Source: Minisyncoccota bacterium (lineage in GTDB: Bacteria > Patescibacteriota > Minisyncoccia > Phycocordibacterales > UBA1006). From it: a stretch of DNA of 64,000 bases. A program made the position numbers and the translations under genes. The notes below the pieces were generated by a model, which had not been told where the DNA came from, made no database searches, and was given only the letters and a program-made list of their open reading frames with translations. The stretch is from positions 35,730 through 99,729 of the forward strand of contig JAJOIF010000004.1 of NCBI GenBank assembly GCA_021209525.1. Direction: 5' to 3'. Below are positions 48,574-58,630 of the stretch, piece after piece; the first letter of the stretch is position 1, and each line of letters starts with the position of its first letter.

Positions 48574-49434
48574 ATGGAATATATACCTGCAGATGACCCG
48601 CGCTTTCCCCCGCTCTTGCGTCACATACAAAAACCACCCAAAGGTATCTATGTACGCGGAACATTACCAGCCCGCAATGACATTAAATATCTCTGTATTA
48701 TTGGATCAAGGAAATACACCTCTTATGGCAAAGCAGTGTGCGAATACCTTATCAAGGGACTCGCAGGATACCCTATTGTTATTGTATCTGGTTTAGCGAG
48801 CGGTATTGATGCATGCGCACATAGACAGGCTCTTGCTTGTAATATTCCTACTATTGCATTTCCAGGATCTGGTATTGATGATACGGTCATCTATCCCCGA
48901 AATAATCTGGCTCTTGCTCAGGATATTCTCAGATCAGGCGGTGCACTCATTTCAGAATTAGAACCACATACACCTTCATCGCACTGGGCTTTCCCGATGA
49001 GAAATAGGCTCATGGCAGGTATTAGTCATGCCGTACTCATTATTGAAGCAGAAGAAAAATCAGGAACACAAATTACAGCGACCTATGCGGCGACCTATGG
49101 TCGCGATGTGCTCGTGGTACCAGGAAATATTTTTTCACCCCAATCAAAAGGAGTGCATCAACTCCTTGCCCAAGGCGCTCTACCCATCACAGCGCCCCGA
49201 GATATTCTCGAGCATTTTCATTTTCACATACACCCAACAACGCCATCTCTCCTTGAAAAACATCATGATGAACTCGCTCAAAAAATCCTTGACCACCTCG
49301 TGCAACCGGCGGCGCGTAATGAACTCTTGCGCTTGCCGCATAGTACTGCGGTCGAGATACTGCACAAGCTCTCGGAACTAGAACTTGATGGCTATATCAA
49401 AGAAGAATACGGCACCTACATACGCATCCGCTGA
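48574..49434 (+). CDS. dprA: DNA-processing protein DprA (Smf)
   Basis: Rossmann-like core GSRKYTSYGK...IVSGLASGIDACAHRQAL. Confidence 0.85.
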   Translation: MEYIPADDPRFPPLLRHIQKPPKGIYVRGTLPARNDIKYLCIIGSRKYTSYGKAVCEYLIKGLAGYPIVIVSGLASGIDACAHRQALACNIPTIAFPGSGIDDTVIYPRNNLALAQDILRSGGALISELEPHTPSSHWAFPMRNRLMAGISHAVLIIEAEEKSGTQITATYAATYGRDVLVVPGNIFSPQSKGVHQLLAQGALPITAPRDILEHFHFHIHPTTPSLLEKHHDELAQKILDHLVQPAARNELLRLPHSTAVEILHKLSELELDGYIKEEYGTYIRIR

Positions 49435-49506
49435 CAACCTTATGCACATGGGTATCTGTGCTCTATTTGCAAAAAAAATGTATGCGTGCTACTAATATGT
49501 GCATAT

Positions 49507-51942
49507 ATGAAACTCGTTATTGTAGAATCACCATCAAAAGCAAAGACCATTGAAAAGTATTTAGGTAGCCCGTACAAGGTGGTTTCAAGTATTGGTCATA
49601 TTCGCGACTTGCCCAAAACGAACAAAGACGCCATTGATATTGAAGGTGGTTTCGTACCCAAATACGAAGTGAGCAGCACCAAGAAAAAAGTCGTACGCGA
49701 TATTTTGCAATTAGCACATCGCGCCGATACAGTGCTTCTCGCTACTGACCCCGACCGCGAAGGAGAAGCTATTGCGTGGCACCTCCAAGAGCTCATCCAT
49801 AATGATGAGGTGAAGGCTCCGTGCGTACGAATTACATTTAATGAAATTACCCGAGATGCTGTCATGCATGCCATAGAACACCCGCGCGACGTTGATCAGA
49901 ATCTTCGTAAAGCTCAAGAAGCACGACGTGTTCTTGATCGTCTCGTAGGATATGATTTGTCAGGACTCATTTGGAAAAAGGTGCGCTATGGACTTTCTGC
50001 AGGGCGGGTGCAATCACCTGCATTACGCATTCTCATGGAACGCGAGCGAGAAATACGCGCTTTCATTCCCGAAGACTACTTTGTAATCACCGGACAATTC
50101 ACCAAAGACAAAACCGCCTTTCCCCTACTCTGCGAAGAGACTCCCGCAACACAAGCCGAAGCAGATCGTATTATTGCTGCCGGAAAAAAATATCCATGGC
50201 ATGTTCATGAAGTGAAAAAAACACCTGCGACACGCAAACCGTACGCACCGTTTACTACATCAACACTGCAACAAGCCGCATCAACATATCTAGGATTTGC
50301 GCCATCGCGCACGATGCAACTTGCCCAAAAATTGTATCAAGAAGGACATATTACCTATATGCGTACTGACAGCCCAGCGCTTTCAGCGCAGGCTCAAAAA
50401 AGTATCTTGGCGTACTTGCATAGTGCATACGATGCATCATATGTACAACCGCGCAATTATCGTGCGCGCTCAAAAAATGCTCAAGAAGCTCACGAAGCGA
50501 TTCGCCCTACATCATTTGCATCTGCAAGCCCCAAAGGCGCCACGCAAGCTGAGCGAGAATTATACACCCTCATCTGGAATCGTACGCTCTCATCACAAAT
50601 GGCAGATGCGCGTCTTGAGCGTACCAAAATTATTGCAACTATTACAGGCGATACCATTCCTCCTTTTTCTGCGACAGGGTCACGTCTCCTCTTTCCTGGT
50701 TGGCTTGCGCTGGATACGCGCGCACGCCGTGATGACGTAGAAGTACCTCCTCTCGAACAAGGAGACGCACTCGCTTGCACAGATATTTCTACAGAAGCAA
50801 AACAAACACAACCACCTCATCGCTATACCGAAGCAGGACTTATCAAAGAACTCGAAAAACGCGGTATTGGACGACCTTCAACCTATGCAAGCATTATGCA
50901 AACACTCCAAGAGCGTGGCTATGTTACCAAAGAAGGCAAAACACTCTTTCCTACCGATACAGGCGATGTCGTATCATCATTCCTTGAACAACATTTCATG
51001 GAATATATTAATGACACCTTTACAGCGAGTATGGAAGACAATCTTGATCATATTGCACATGGTGATGCTGAATATGTGCATGTTTTGCGCACATTTTATA
51101 TACCATTTCACGAGCATGTCATGTCAAAAAATGACATCGAGAAAATCACCAATCTTGGAGATGCTGATACGCGTCATCGATGCCCACTCTGTAGCGGTGA
51201 TATGGTTATCAAGCTCGGTAGTGCGGGTAAGTTTTTGTCATGCAAACGCTTCCCTGAATGTACTGGCGCGCTCACCCTCGAAGGATACGAAGTATCTGGC
51301 CACACTGCTCTTGGATATGACCCAGAGACCAACCTCCCTATTTTTGTTAAAGATGGACGCTTTGGTCCATATGTACAATTAGGAGAGTCTCCTGAAATAC
51401 CTCCCCTTACTCAATTCCCGAAAGGTCATAAAAAAACTGCCGAAGAAAAAGAGCTCGTCAAAAAAGAAAAAGAAGCGCGCGCAGCAGCACAAGAACTCCC
51501 TCAACCTAAACGCGCCAGTATTCCTAAAAATATTACTCCTGAAAATATTACCCTTGAACAAGCACTCCACCTCTTAGCGCTACCGCGCACCTTGGGTACG
51601 CATCCCGAAAGTGGCGATGATGTCATTGCAAATATCGGTCGCTTTGGTCCATATGTAGGCCATGGACGCACTTTTGCATCATTAAAAAAATCAAGCGGTC
51701 TTGACCCATATACCATTACCCTTGATGAAGCACTTAAGGTATTAAGCGCACCTAAAGCACTCCCCAAAGGAACAGAATTGGTACGCACTTTTGCGCATCC
51801 AAAAACAGGAAAAGAGTTGCGTATCTTGAAATCTAAATCAGGAACCTTTCTCATGCGCGGCATGAAGCGGCTCTACTTACCTGATACTTTTGATGCAGAG
51901 CATGCAACCCCCGAAGAGATTATGGCTGTGGTTGCAGTGTAG
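49507..51942 (+). CDS. topA: DNA topoisomerase I
   Basis: MKLVIVESPSKAKTIEKYLG Toprim start, active-site Tyr region, C-terminal zinc ribbons (CPLCSG) and basic repeats. Confidence 0.92.
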   Translation: MKLVIVESPSKAKTIEKYLGSPYKVVSSIGHIRDLPKTNKDAIDIEGGFVPKYEVSSTKKKVVRDILQLAHRADTVLLATDPDREGEAIAWHLQELIHNDEVKAPCVRITFNEITRDAVMHAIEHPRDVDQNLRKAQEARRVLDRLVGYDLSGLIWKKVRYGLSAGRVQSPALRILMEREREIRAFIPEDYFVITGQFTKDKTAFPLLCEETPATQAEADRIIAAGKKYPWHVHEVKKTPATRKPYAPFTTSTLQQAASTYLGFAPSRTMQLAQKLYQEGHITYMRTDSPALSAQAQKSILAYLHSAYDASYVQPRNYRARSKNAQEAHEAIRPTSFASASPKGATQAERELYTLIWNRTLSSQMADARLERTKIIATITGDTIPPFSATGSRLLFPGWLALDTRARRDDVEVPPLEQGDALACTDISTEAKQTQPPHRYTEAGLIKELEKRGIGRPSTYASIMQTLQERGYVTKEGKTLFPTDTGDVVSSFLEQHFMEYINDTFTASMEDNLDHIAHGDAEYVHVLRTFYIPFHEHVMSKNDIEKITNLGDADTRHRCPLCSGDMVIKLGSAGKFLSCKRFPECTGALTLEGYEVSGHTALGYDPETNLPIFVKDGRFGPYVQLGESPEIPPLTQFPKGHKKTAEEKELVKKEKEARAAAQELPQPKRASIPKNITPENITLEQALHLLALPRTLGTHPESGDDVIANIGRFGPYVGHGRTFASLKKSSGLDPYTITLDEALKVLSAPKALPKGTELVRTFAHPKTGKELRILKSKSGTFLMRGMKRLYLPDTFDAEHATPEEIMAVVAV

Positions 51943-51957
51943 AATACCTTCTGATGA

Positions 51958-51992
51958 CATAATAAAACCCGCACATATCAGCGCGGGTTTTC
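51958..51992. terminator. Bidirectional rho-independent terminator
   Basis: aaaacccgcacatatcagcgcgggttttcatttttt. Confidence 0.6.
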
Positions 51993-52010
51993 ATTTTTTA
52001 TTTTTTAAAA

Positions 52011-52544
52011 TTAAATTGAAATAATAGCTTCAACATGATGAGGAGACACTATGCCGTCATCTATACTATAATTATATGATATATCAAGCCTATCTAGATC
52101 ATGCTGAGCGGACTGTATGGTCTGCAAATCTTCGGTACGCACTCTATTTTGAACGCGAGACAAAGCAGTCTCATGGTCTACATTTATATGTACGGTAACC
52201 AATTGTATTGAATATCTTTTGGCAAGATTCTCAAGAAATTGATACATACCCTTATCCTGATGCACAGCATCAAGTATGAGCACATCAGTGCGATTATTGA
52301 GAAAAATTCCCTCAACCATGCTCATTTTTAATAATTTAATAGAATCTCTAATAAATACTGCTTGAGTGCATGCATACGTACTATTTACCGTACTGTCCTC
52401 AGTTCCTGTAATCATTTTTCTGATGACATCATTTTCAATAATCAGAATGTTTTTACCTTGACGCCTCAAAAATGTATACAATTCTTTTGCTAGCGTGCTC
52501 TTGCCAGCACCAGGTACGCCACTGATCACTATAATTTTTTTCAT
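52011..52544 (-). CDS. P-loop NTPase / small-molecule-kinase-like ATP-binding protein
   Basis: Walker A ISGVPGAGKSTLAKEL at the N-terminus (start placed at MKKIIVISG). Confidence 0.5.
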   Translation of the reverse strand: MKKIIVISGVPGAGKSTLAKELYTFLRRQGKNILIIENDVIRKMITGTEDSTVNSTYACTQAVFIRDSIKLLKMSMVEGIFLNNRTDVLILDAVHQDKGMYQFLENLAKRYSIQLVTVHINVDHETALSRVQNRVRTEDLQTIQSAQHDLDRLDISYNYSIDDGIVSPHHVEAIISI

Positions 52545-52693
52545 GTGTTTTAATTTTTTAGTTTTAAATGTTAAAAGTATCCGCATTTTTATAGCATAAT
52601 TAATTACACAAGTCAAGTTTTCGTACTATTTCAGTGCCCTTTACCAAAACAATCTCCTACCCTTCTTTAATTCCATGATATACTACACTCCGT

Positions 52694-54376
52694 ATGAATA
52701 CATTTTTTGAATTTGCGCTACTCATGGCGCTCGCAACCACCATTGCTATCATTATGCGCCTGCTCAAGCAGCCGCTCATTATCGGACATATTATTACTGG
52801 ACTCATTGCAGGATCATTCTTTTTTGCTATTTTGCCTTCAATGGAAGTGCTCCATCTCTTTAGTGAAATTGGTATTGCTATCTTGCTCTTTCTCGTAGGT
52901 CTACACTTGCACCCAGACAATATTCGTCAATTTGGAAAAGTGTCAGTCATTACCGGTGTCGGACAAGTACTCTTTACTTCTCTTGTTGGTTTCGGCGTTG
53001 CATTACTCCTCAATTTTCCAGTACTCACCGCCATATATGTAAGCGTCGCCTATGCATTTAGTAGCACCATTATTATTCTCAAACTCATCCAAGACAAAGG
53101 TGACGTGGATGCACTCTATGGACGCATCAGTATTGGGTTTCTTTTAGTCCAAGACTTTATTGCCATTTTGATTCTGTTCTTGCTCCCTCTCGTAGCATCA
53201 GGTAATTTCTCTCTTGTAAATATTGCTATTCTTTTTGCGCGGGCAACGATATTGCTCATTATTGCATACATTGTGGCGCAGTACATCATTCCGCGCATTG
53301 GGCGATTCTTTGAACGGTCTCATGAGCTTTTGTTTATTTTCACCATAACATGGGGACTCTTGGTTGCAGGTATTTTCGGCATTACTGGTTTTGGTATTGA
53401 GAGTGGTGCCCTTATTGCAGGGATTACCCTTGCAGGGATGCCGTCTCGTCATGAAATTAATGCGCGCCTTACACCACTTCGTGACTTTTTTATTATTATG
53501 TTCTTTGTGATTTTGGGTGCGCAAATGAATCTTGGAAATATTCTAGAGCTCTTGCCATTGGCGCTCATTTTCTCAGCGCTCATCCTCATAGGAAATCCAC
53601 TTATCCTTATGAGTATTATGGGGCCCCTTGGCTACAAGAAAAAAACGAGTCTCCAAACAGGATTTACTGTTGCGCAAATTAGTGAATTCTCTCTCATTGT
53701 AATCGCGCTCGGCGTGCGTATTGGCCATGTCTCAGAGACAATTCTGTCACTCTCGACACTGGTTGCCCTGATTACGATTTTTGGATCAACATACCTCATT
53801 ACATATTCTGATCAGATCTATGTATTCTTGGAAAAGTATCTTGATATATTTGAGAGAAAAAATGTGCAAGCAGAGACACCCCTTAGCACCTCTCCTGAAA
53901 TTATTCTCTTTGGTGCAGGGCGTATTGGCCAAGAATTCGTGCATCATTTCAACGAGCGCAATCTATCCTATTTGGCAGTAGATCATAACCCAGATATTAT
54001 TGCAGAATTGAGCGCTGCAGGTGCCCATGCAATTCATGCTGATGCGGGAAGTATTGCATTTCTAGAGTCGCTCTTGGTAGAAAAAACACGGATGATTATT
54101 ATTACAACCCCCGAAATAGAAACATCGCTCACGATTAGCACTGCACTACGCGAGGCACAACCTACATGTCTCATTATAGGAGTTGCCGCACATCACAGAG
54201 ACGCTCAAACACTCTACACCGCAGGATATGATTATGTTATCACCCCTTATGCATTAGGAGCGCATCATGCTACAGAAATTTTTGGATCATATGGCTTTAA
54301 CAAAGAATCATATGCCTATATGCGCAGCGCGCATCAAAAACACCTCGAGAGATTTTACAGAGAACCTATCGTATAA
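52694..54376 (+). CDS. Kef-type cation:proton antiporter (CPA2) with C-terminal TrkA-N/RCK domain
   Basis: 12-13 TM Na+/H+ exchanger domain. Rossmann ILFGAGRIGQEF. Confidence 0.8.
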   Translation: MNTFFEFALLMALATTIAIIMRLLKQPLIIGHIITGLIAGSFFFAILPSMEVLHLFSEIGIAILLFLVGLHLHPDNIRQFGKVSVITGVGQVLFTSLVGFGVALLLNFPVLTAIYVSVAYAFSSTIIILKLIQDKGDVDALYGRISIGFLLVQDFIAILILFLLPLVASGNFSLVNIAILFARATILLIIAYIVAQYIIPRIGRFFERSHELLFIFTITWGLLVAGIFGITGFGIESGALIAGITLAGMPSRHEINARLTPLRDFFIIMFFVILGAQMNLGNILELLPLALIFSALILIGNPLILMSIMGPLGYKKKTSLQTGFTVAQISEFSLIVIALGVRIGHVSETILSLSTLVALITIFGSTYLITYSDQIYVFLEKYLDIFERKNVQAETPLSTSPEIILFGAGRIGQEFVHHFNERNLSYLAVDHNPDIIAELSAAGAHAIHADAGSIAFLESLLVEKTRMIIITTPEIETSLTISTALREAQPTCLIIGVAAHHRDAQTLYTAGYDYVITPYALGAHHATEIFGSYGFNKESYAYMRSAHQKHLERFYREPIV

Positions 54377-54927
54377 GCACCTTGCCGCACGAGTGTGTAT
54401 CCATCATCATGCAGGTGAATAATCGTTGATGGTTCAGTATTGTGTATCACACCTCCATCACTATACACATCAATGCCTCGAGGAAAATAATGTCGCGCCT
54501 CGTCGCATGTGGCTGCTGGTGTTTCGCCTTCCCTATTTGCGCTTGGTGCAATGAGCGGTCCTGATATACGCAAAAATTCACGGAGATGCTCGTCCTTGGG
54601 TATGCGAAATGCAAGAGATAATGTACCGCGATGAATATCTGCAAAGAGATCTTGATTAAGGTCTAAAATAACACTGAGCGGCGCCGGCCAATGTTTTCTG
54701 AGAAAATCTTTTTGAAATGAATTGAGGTCTATCGGAAATTGATCAAGGTCAGTAATATCAGCAATAAGAATAATACAGGGCTTTGTAGGCGTGCGCCCTT
54801 TGAGCTCATATACACGCGCAATAGCATCAGAATGAAACACTGACGCCACTATACCATAGAGCGTATCTGTGGGCAGAATTCCTATACCCCCTTGGCGGAG
54901 TATTTTTGCATCTAATGGAGAAAACAT
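54355..54927 (-). CDS. tsaC: L-threonylcarbamoyladenylate synthase (TsaC/YrdC)
   Basis: ILPTDTLYGIVASV and the KGR...P motif. Confidence 0.8.
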   Translation of the reverse strand: MFSPLDAKILRQGGIGILPTDTLYGIVASVFHSDAIARVYELKGRTPTKPCIILIADITDLDQFPIDLNSFQKDFLRKHWPAPLSVILDLNQDLFADIHRGTLSLAFRIPKDEHLREFLRISGPLIAPSANREGETPAATCDEARHYFPRGIDVYSDGGVIHNTEPSTIIHLHDDGYTLVRQGAYTIGSL

Positions 54928-54951
54928 ATAGAAATATGATACACTGCATCT

Positions 54952-55641
54952 ATGAAATACGCAAAAGAAATCACTTCATGGCATCCTCGTATCGCGGCAT
55001 TTTTTGTAAGTCATACAGGCAAGAAACTCCTTGAGGATATAGAGGCTGCCTATCGTACAGGCACAATATTTCCCCCGCCTCATGACATCTTTCATGCATA
55101 TAGACGTACTGCATTTGATGCAGTACGCGTCATTATAGTAGGCCAAGATCCTTATCATCAACCAGGTCAAGCACATGGTCTTGCATTTTCAGTACCAGAA
55201 AACACTCCATTACCGCCATCGCTCCGTAATATTTTGAAAGAAATATACACCAATGACCCTATGCCAAGATCAGGAGATTTGAGATACCTCGCCGATCAAG
55301 GAGTTCTTCTTCTAAACACCTATTTAACCGTACCTCAAGGATGTGCATTAGGTCATAAAAACATTGGCTGGCAAGCATGTACTGAGCTCGTCATACAAAC
55401 CCTCTCTCAAGAGAGAGAGCATCTCGTTTTTATGCTTTGGGGCGCTCATGCGCAGTCATATATACCACATATTCATAATACCAATCGCCATCTCATTCTC
55501 ACTGCACCGCATCCATCACCACTGTCTGCGCATCGTGGTTTTATAGGGTGTAATCACTTTGCATTGGCAAATGAGTATTTAGAAAAAAATGATACAGGAA
55601 AAATTATGTGGCAAAAAAAATCATTTGATAAACTTGAGTAA
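54952..55641 (+). CDS. ung: Uracil-DNA glycosylase, family 1
   Basis: GQDPYHQPGQAHGLAFSV and HPSPLSA motifs. Confidence 0.85.
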   Translation: MKYAKEITSWHPRIAAFFVSHTGKKLLEDIEAAYRTGTIFPPPHDIFHAYRRTAFDAVRVIIVGQDPYHQPGQAHGLAFSVPENTPLPPSLRNILKEIYTNDPMPRSGDLRYLADQGVLLLNTYLTVPQGCALGHKNIGWQACTELVIQTLSQEREHLVFMLWGAHAQSYIPHIHNTNRHLILTAPHPSPLSAHRGFIGCNHFALANEYLEKNDTGKIMWQKKSFDKLE

Positions 55642-55763
55642 TGTTGCTCATTATATTAAATATGTATGCGGATAGAGTTACCTGTGCACACTGATCAAGA
55701 ATTTGACAAAAATAGCAAAATCTGTATAATAATATAAGATTTTTAACCTTAAAAACAAATACA

Positions 55764-56093
55764 ATGAGCACATTAGAAAAAAAAGTTGTTGACAGTCTAC
55801 TTCAGGTAAGCACACCAACACAAACCGTAGAAGAATTATTGCTGAAACAATTTGCCCAAGGCGAACATTTCACGCTTACAAATGGGAGCGGTGCCAAATG
55901 GAATATCCACCTCACCAACATGATGAGAGAAGACGGCAGTGGTAAAAAATTCATTTTCAAAGGAACATTATGTTCCACGGTATCACCCACGGGTAATATT
56001 ATTAATAAAGGAAATACTATTGCCTGTGAAGGTTTTGTTGATATGGCAACACAAAAAGGCACCCTCAAATTTCTTCCTAAAAAGAACGGATAA
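55764..56093 (+). CDS. Hypothetical protein (109 aa)
   Basis: Isolated ORF followed by a terminator hairpin. Confidence 0.3.
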   Translation: MSTLEKKVVDSLLQVSTPTQTVEELLLKQFAQGEHFTLTNGSGAKWNIHLTNMMREDGSGKKFIFKGTLCSTVSPTGNIINKGNTIACEGFVDMATQKGTLKFLPKKNG

Positions 56094-56109
56094 GAGTACT
56101 CGAATAAAA

Positions 56110-56150
56110 AAGCGCGGACAATTGTTCGCGCTTTGATTTTTAGAGGGTAT
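56110..56150 (+). terminator. Rho-independent terminator
   Basis: aaaagcgcggacaattgttcgcgctttgattttt. Confidence 0.55.
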
Positions 56151-56282
56151 TTAATTTTATTAATACCCATACAAGAAAGGTTCTAGAGTGTCTGACATCG
56201 CTTCTGACGTGACTAGTCTCATATTTGATTTTACCAAGATGTTTTCCCATTATCTTTACTCCTCCAAAACCTTTCCGTGTGC

Positions 56283-56603
56283 TTAATTATTAGTTTTTCG
56301 ATTATTCATATGTTCAATGAATACATCTATTTTTTCTAAGCCATCAACACGTGGGAAAAGTAGAGTGAAAACAACCCCCCCCACTCCAACAAAGAAGAAA
56401 TAAAGGAAAGCGGATTGTTCAATAGATAGCAAGAATCTCACCCAAACCCACATCCCAAAAATGTGAAACAAAGCGAGAAAATTTAAAACTATTATTGCAG
56501 CCGCAATGAATCGAAAATTTTTTGTCTGCACTATATACCAGAAAGCAGGTATAGTAAGAGCAGAAACAAGAAAAATTAAAAGTGTTACGAGTATTAGTGA
56601 CAT
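56283..56603 (-). CDS. Hypothetical 3-TM membrane protein
   Basis: Hydrophobic ORF. Confidence 0.3.
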   Translation of the reverse strand: MSLILVTLLIFLVSALTIPAFWYIVQTKNFRFIAAAIIVLNFLALFHIFGMWVWVRFLLSIEQSAFLYFFFVGVGGVVFTLLFPRVDGLEKIDVFIEHMNNRKTNN

Positions 56604-56702
56604 TTTAAAGAATTTTAAAGTTTAAAAAATTTAAACTAATAAAGTATGCAGCATATAGAAAAGTCAAGTTTTTACGCATACTTAAATTTAAGCTTTTATT
56701 TT

Positions 56703-57011
56703 TTAGAGAGTATACCTGCTAACATTGTTATTTTTAAGTTTGGATAGAATCGGATTAGGAACCCTCTCAAGACACAGTGAAATCTCAGCATCTGGAGTAA
56801 TGGACATTACATAATCAGTAATATCGATTGCGTCGCGAGGATCAAGTACTGCAAAACGTACGACATTGTCTTTATCCTCCGCATTTTCAACGAGTACATT
56901 GATATTCTTTTCAATACACAGCTTGCGTATTCTACCACGAAACATAACACCATGAAGAGGTTGTGTGGGCGAATATATTTCATAAATGGTGTAAAGATTG
57001 AGAGACTGCAT
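56703..57011 (-). CDS. Acylphosphatase-like protein
   Basis: LHGVMFRGRIRK...NVLVENAEDKDNVVRF resembles VQGVxFR / GWVxNxxDGxV. Confidence 0.35.
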   Translation of the reverse strand: MQSLNLYTIYEIYSPTQPLHGVMFRGRIRKLCIEKNINVLVENAEDKDNVVRFAVLDPRDAIDITDYVMSITPDAEISLCLERVPNPILSKLKNNNVSRYTL

Positions 57012-57058
57012 ACTATATATTTAAAAAGTTTTCTGTATTATACACTATTATACACTTT

Positions 57059-58178
57059 TTACGCCCCAATCTTGAACTCAATCACATCCCCATCTTGCAC
57101 AATATATTCCTTCCCTTCTGTGCGCATTTTGCCTAATTCACGTGCCTTGGCATGAGATCCAACTTCAAGGAGTACATCCCATCCAATCGTCTCAGCACGA
57201 ATAAACTTCTTTTCAAAATCAGTGTGAATCGCAGCGCCGGCCTGGGGTGCAGTACTGCCTTTTTTGATCGTCCATGCACGCGTTTCTACCTTACCTGTTG
57301 TAAAGTAGGTCATAAGCCCCAAGAGGTCATATCCTGCACGAATGAGCGCATCGATTCCTTCGCCTTCATAACCAAGGTCTTGGCGCATGAGTGATTTTTC
57401 TTCGGCATCAAATTCTGATAATTCATGCTCTGTAACAGCATCAATAACCACATAATGAGAACCATCAGCAGTCAGCGTAGATACAATATTCTTGAATGTT
57501 TCTGGATCAGTCTCGTCAAGATTATTCCCTCCTGATTTTTTATTGAATCCATAGAGGACCGGCTTCATAGTCAAGAGATGCAGTGATTTTGCTCGCTTTT
57601 TTTTCTTCGTCAGTTAATACAACAGTATTGGCGAGTTGTTCTGCTTCGAGTGCTGTGAGCAATTTTGCGCAGAGAGCGTCTTCGGCGAGTGCCTCTTTGT
57701 CGCCACGCTTGATATCGCGCGCGAGATTGGCGCGTCTCTTGTTTAAGGTTTCCATATCAGCCAAGATGAGCTCCATGGTAATGACTTGGGCATCACGAAG
57801 TGGATCAATATTTCCGTACACATGATGCTGTTCAGTTGAGGTGGTGTCGTGAATATCAAAAATACGAATGAGGTGCAAGATGGCATCTACTTCGCGAATA
57901 TGCGCAAGGAATTGATTGCCGAGACCTTCACCCTTGCTGGCGCCCTCAACGAGCCCCGCAATGTCAACGAATTCAACAACAGCAGGAATAGTTTTTTCTG
58001 ATTGTGAAAATTGCGCGAGTGCATGCAAACGATGGTCAGGTACAGCGACAATACCCACCGATGGATCAATGGTACAAAAAGGATAATTTTCTGCGGGTAC
58101 AGATTTTTGAGTCAGGGCATTAAAGAGTGTAGATTTACCAACATTCGGCAACCCTACAATACCAATAGAGAGTGACAT
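57059..58178 (-). pseudogene. ychF: Ribosome-binding ATPase YchF, split by a +1 frameshift at an A8 homopolymer (genuine pseudogene or sequencing error)
   Basis: N-terminal piece has G1 MSLSIGIVGLPNVGKSTLFNAL. C-terminal piece has KPVLYGFN and TGS domain EYIVQDGDVIEFK. With A7 instead of A8 at ~57593-57600 the frames join as ...DEEKKRAKSLHLLTMKPVLY. Confidence 0.75.
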
Positions 58179-58181
58179 AGA

Positions 58182-58562
58182 TTATTGCATGAGCGCTTTT
58201 TGGAATTCAGCCTGCATCTCTCGTTGTACTTGCATTGCAGCTGCTGTCTCATTCATACCTTGCGCTTGTTTTTCTTTCATTTTCTCTTCGGCCTTTTTAA
58301 AGAGGTCAAGGATTGCTGGATTGCTTTGGATTTTTTCCAAAATCATATCTATTTGAGCTTCAGGAATACCTTGTTTAGTTAATTGTCTTTTGAGCAATGC
58401 CATCATTGCTTTGTCGCGTAATTTCTTGAACATATGGGGATATGGTAGCACGAGGGCAAGTAAATTACAAATCTCAAAATACGCACGTGCGGTGAATGAT
58501 CTATGGTCACAGCTGTACCTTGTGTCTTTTTCATATTTTGCTTGCTCGTCGTAGTACTTCAT
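58182..58562 (-). CDS. Hypothetical protein (start probably internal at MFKKLRDK)
   Basis: Small helical/charged ORF. Confidence 0.3.
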   Translation of the reverse strand: MKYYDEQAKYEKDTRYSCDHRSFTARAYFEICNLLALVLPYPHMFKKLRDKAMMALLKRQLTKQGIPEAQIDMILEKIQSNPAILDLFKKAEEKMKEKQAQGMNETAAAMQVQREMQAEFQKALMQ

Positions 58563-58630
58563 CCTTCGTCGCGTCGAATGCGACTATGGATGACACAGAG
58601 CGAAGGAAAGTATATTCTTCTATTTTCTTC

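Noticed and set aside
49517-50780. Antisense ORFs within topA (49517..49717, 49596..49874, 49711..49917, 50490..50780) and plus-frame ORFs 50297..50740, 50867..51382
   Set aside because: Inside the continuous 818-aa topoisomerase I reading frame with full motif complement. These are alternative-frame artefacts
57059-58178. Two separate small GTPase genes (171 aa and 212 aa)
   Set aside because: They are the two halves of ychF joined by a single-base frame change at an A8 run. Annotated as one frameshifted gene
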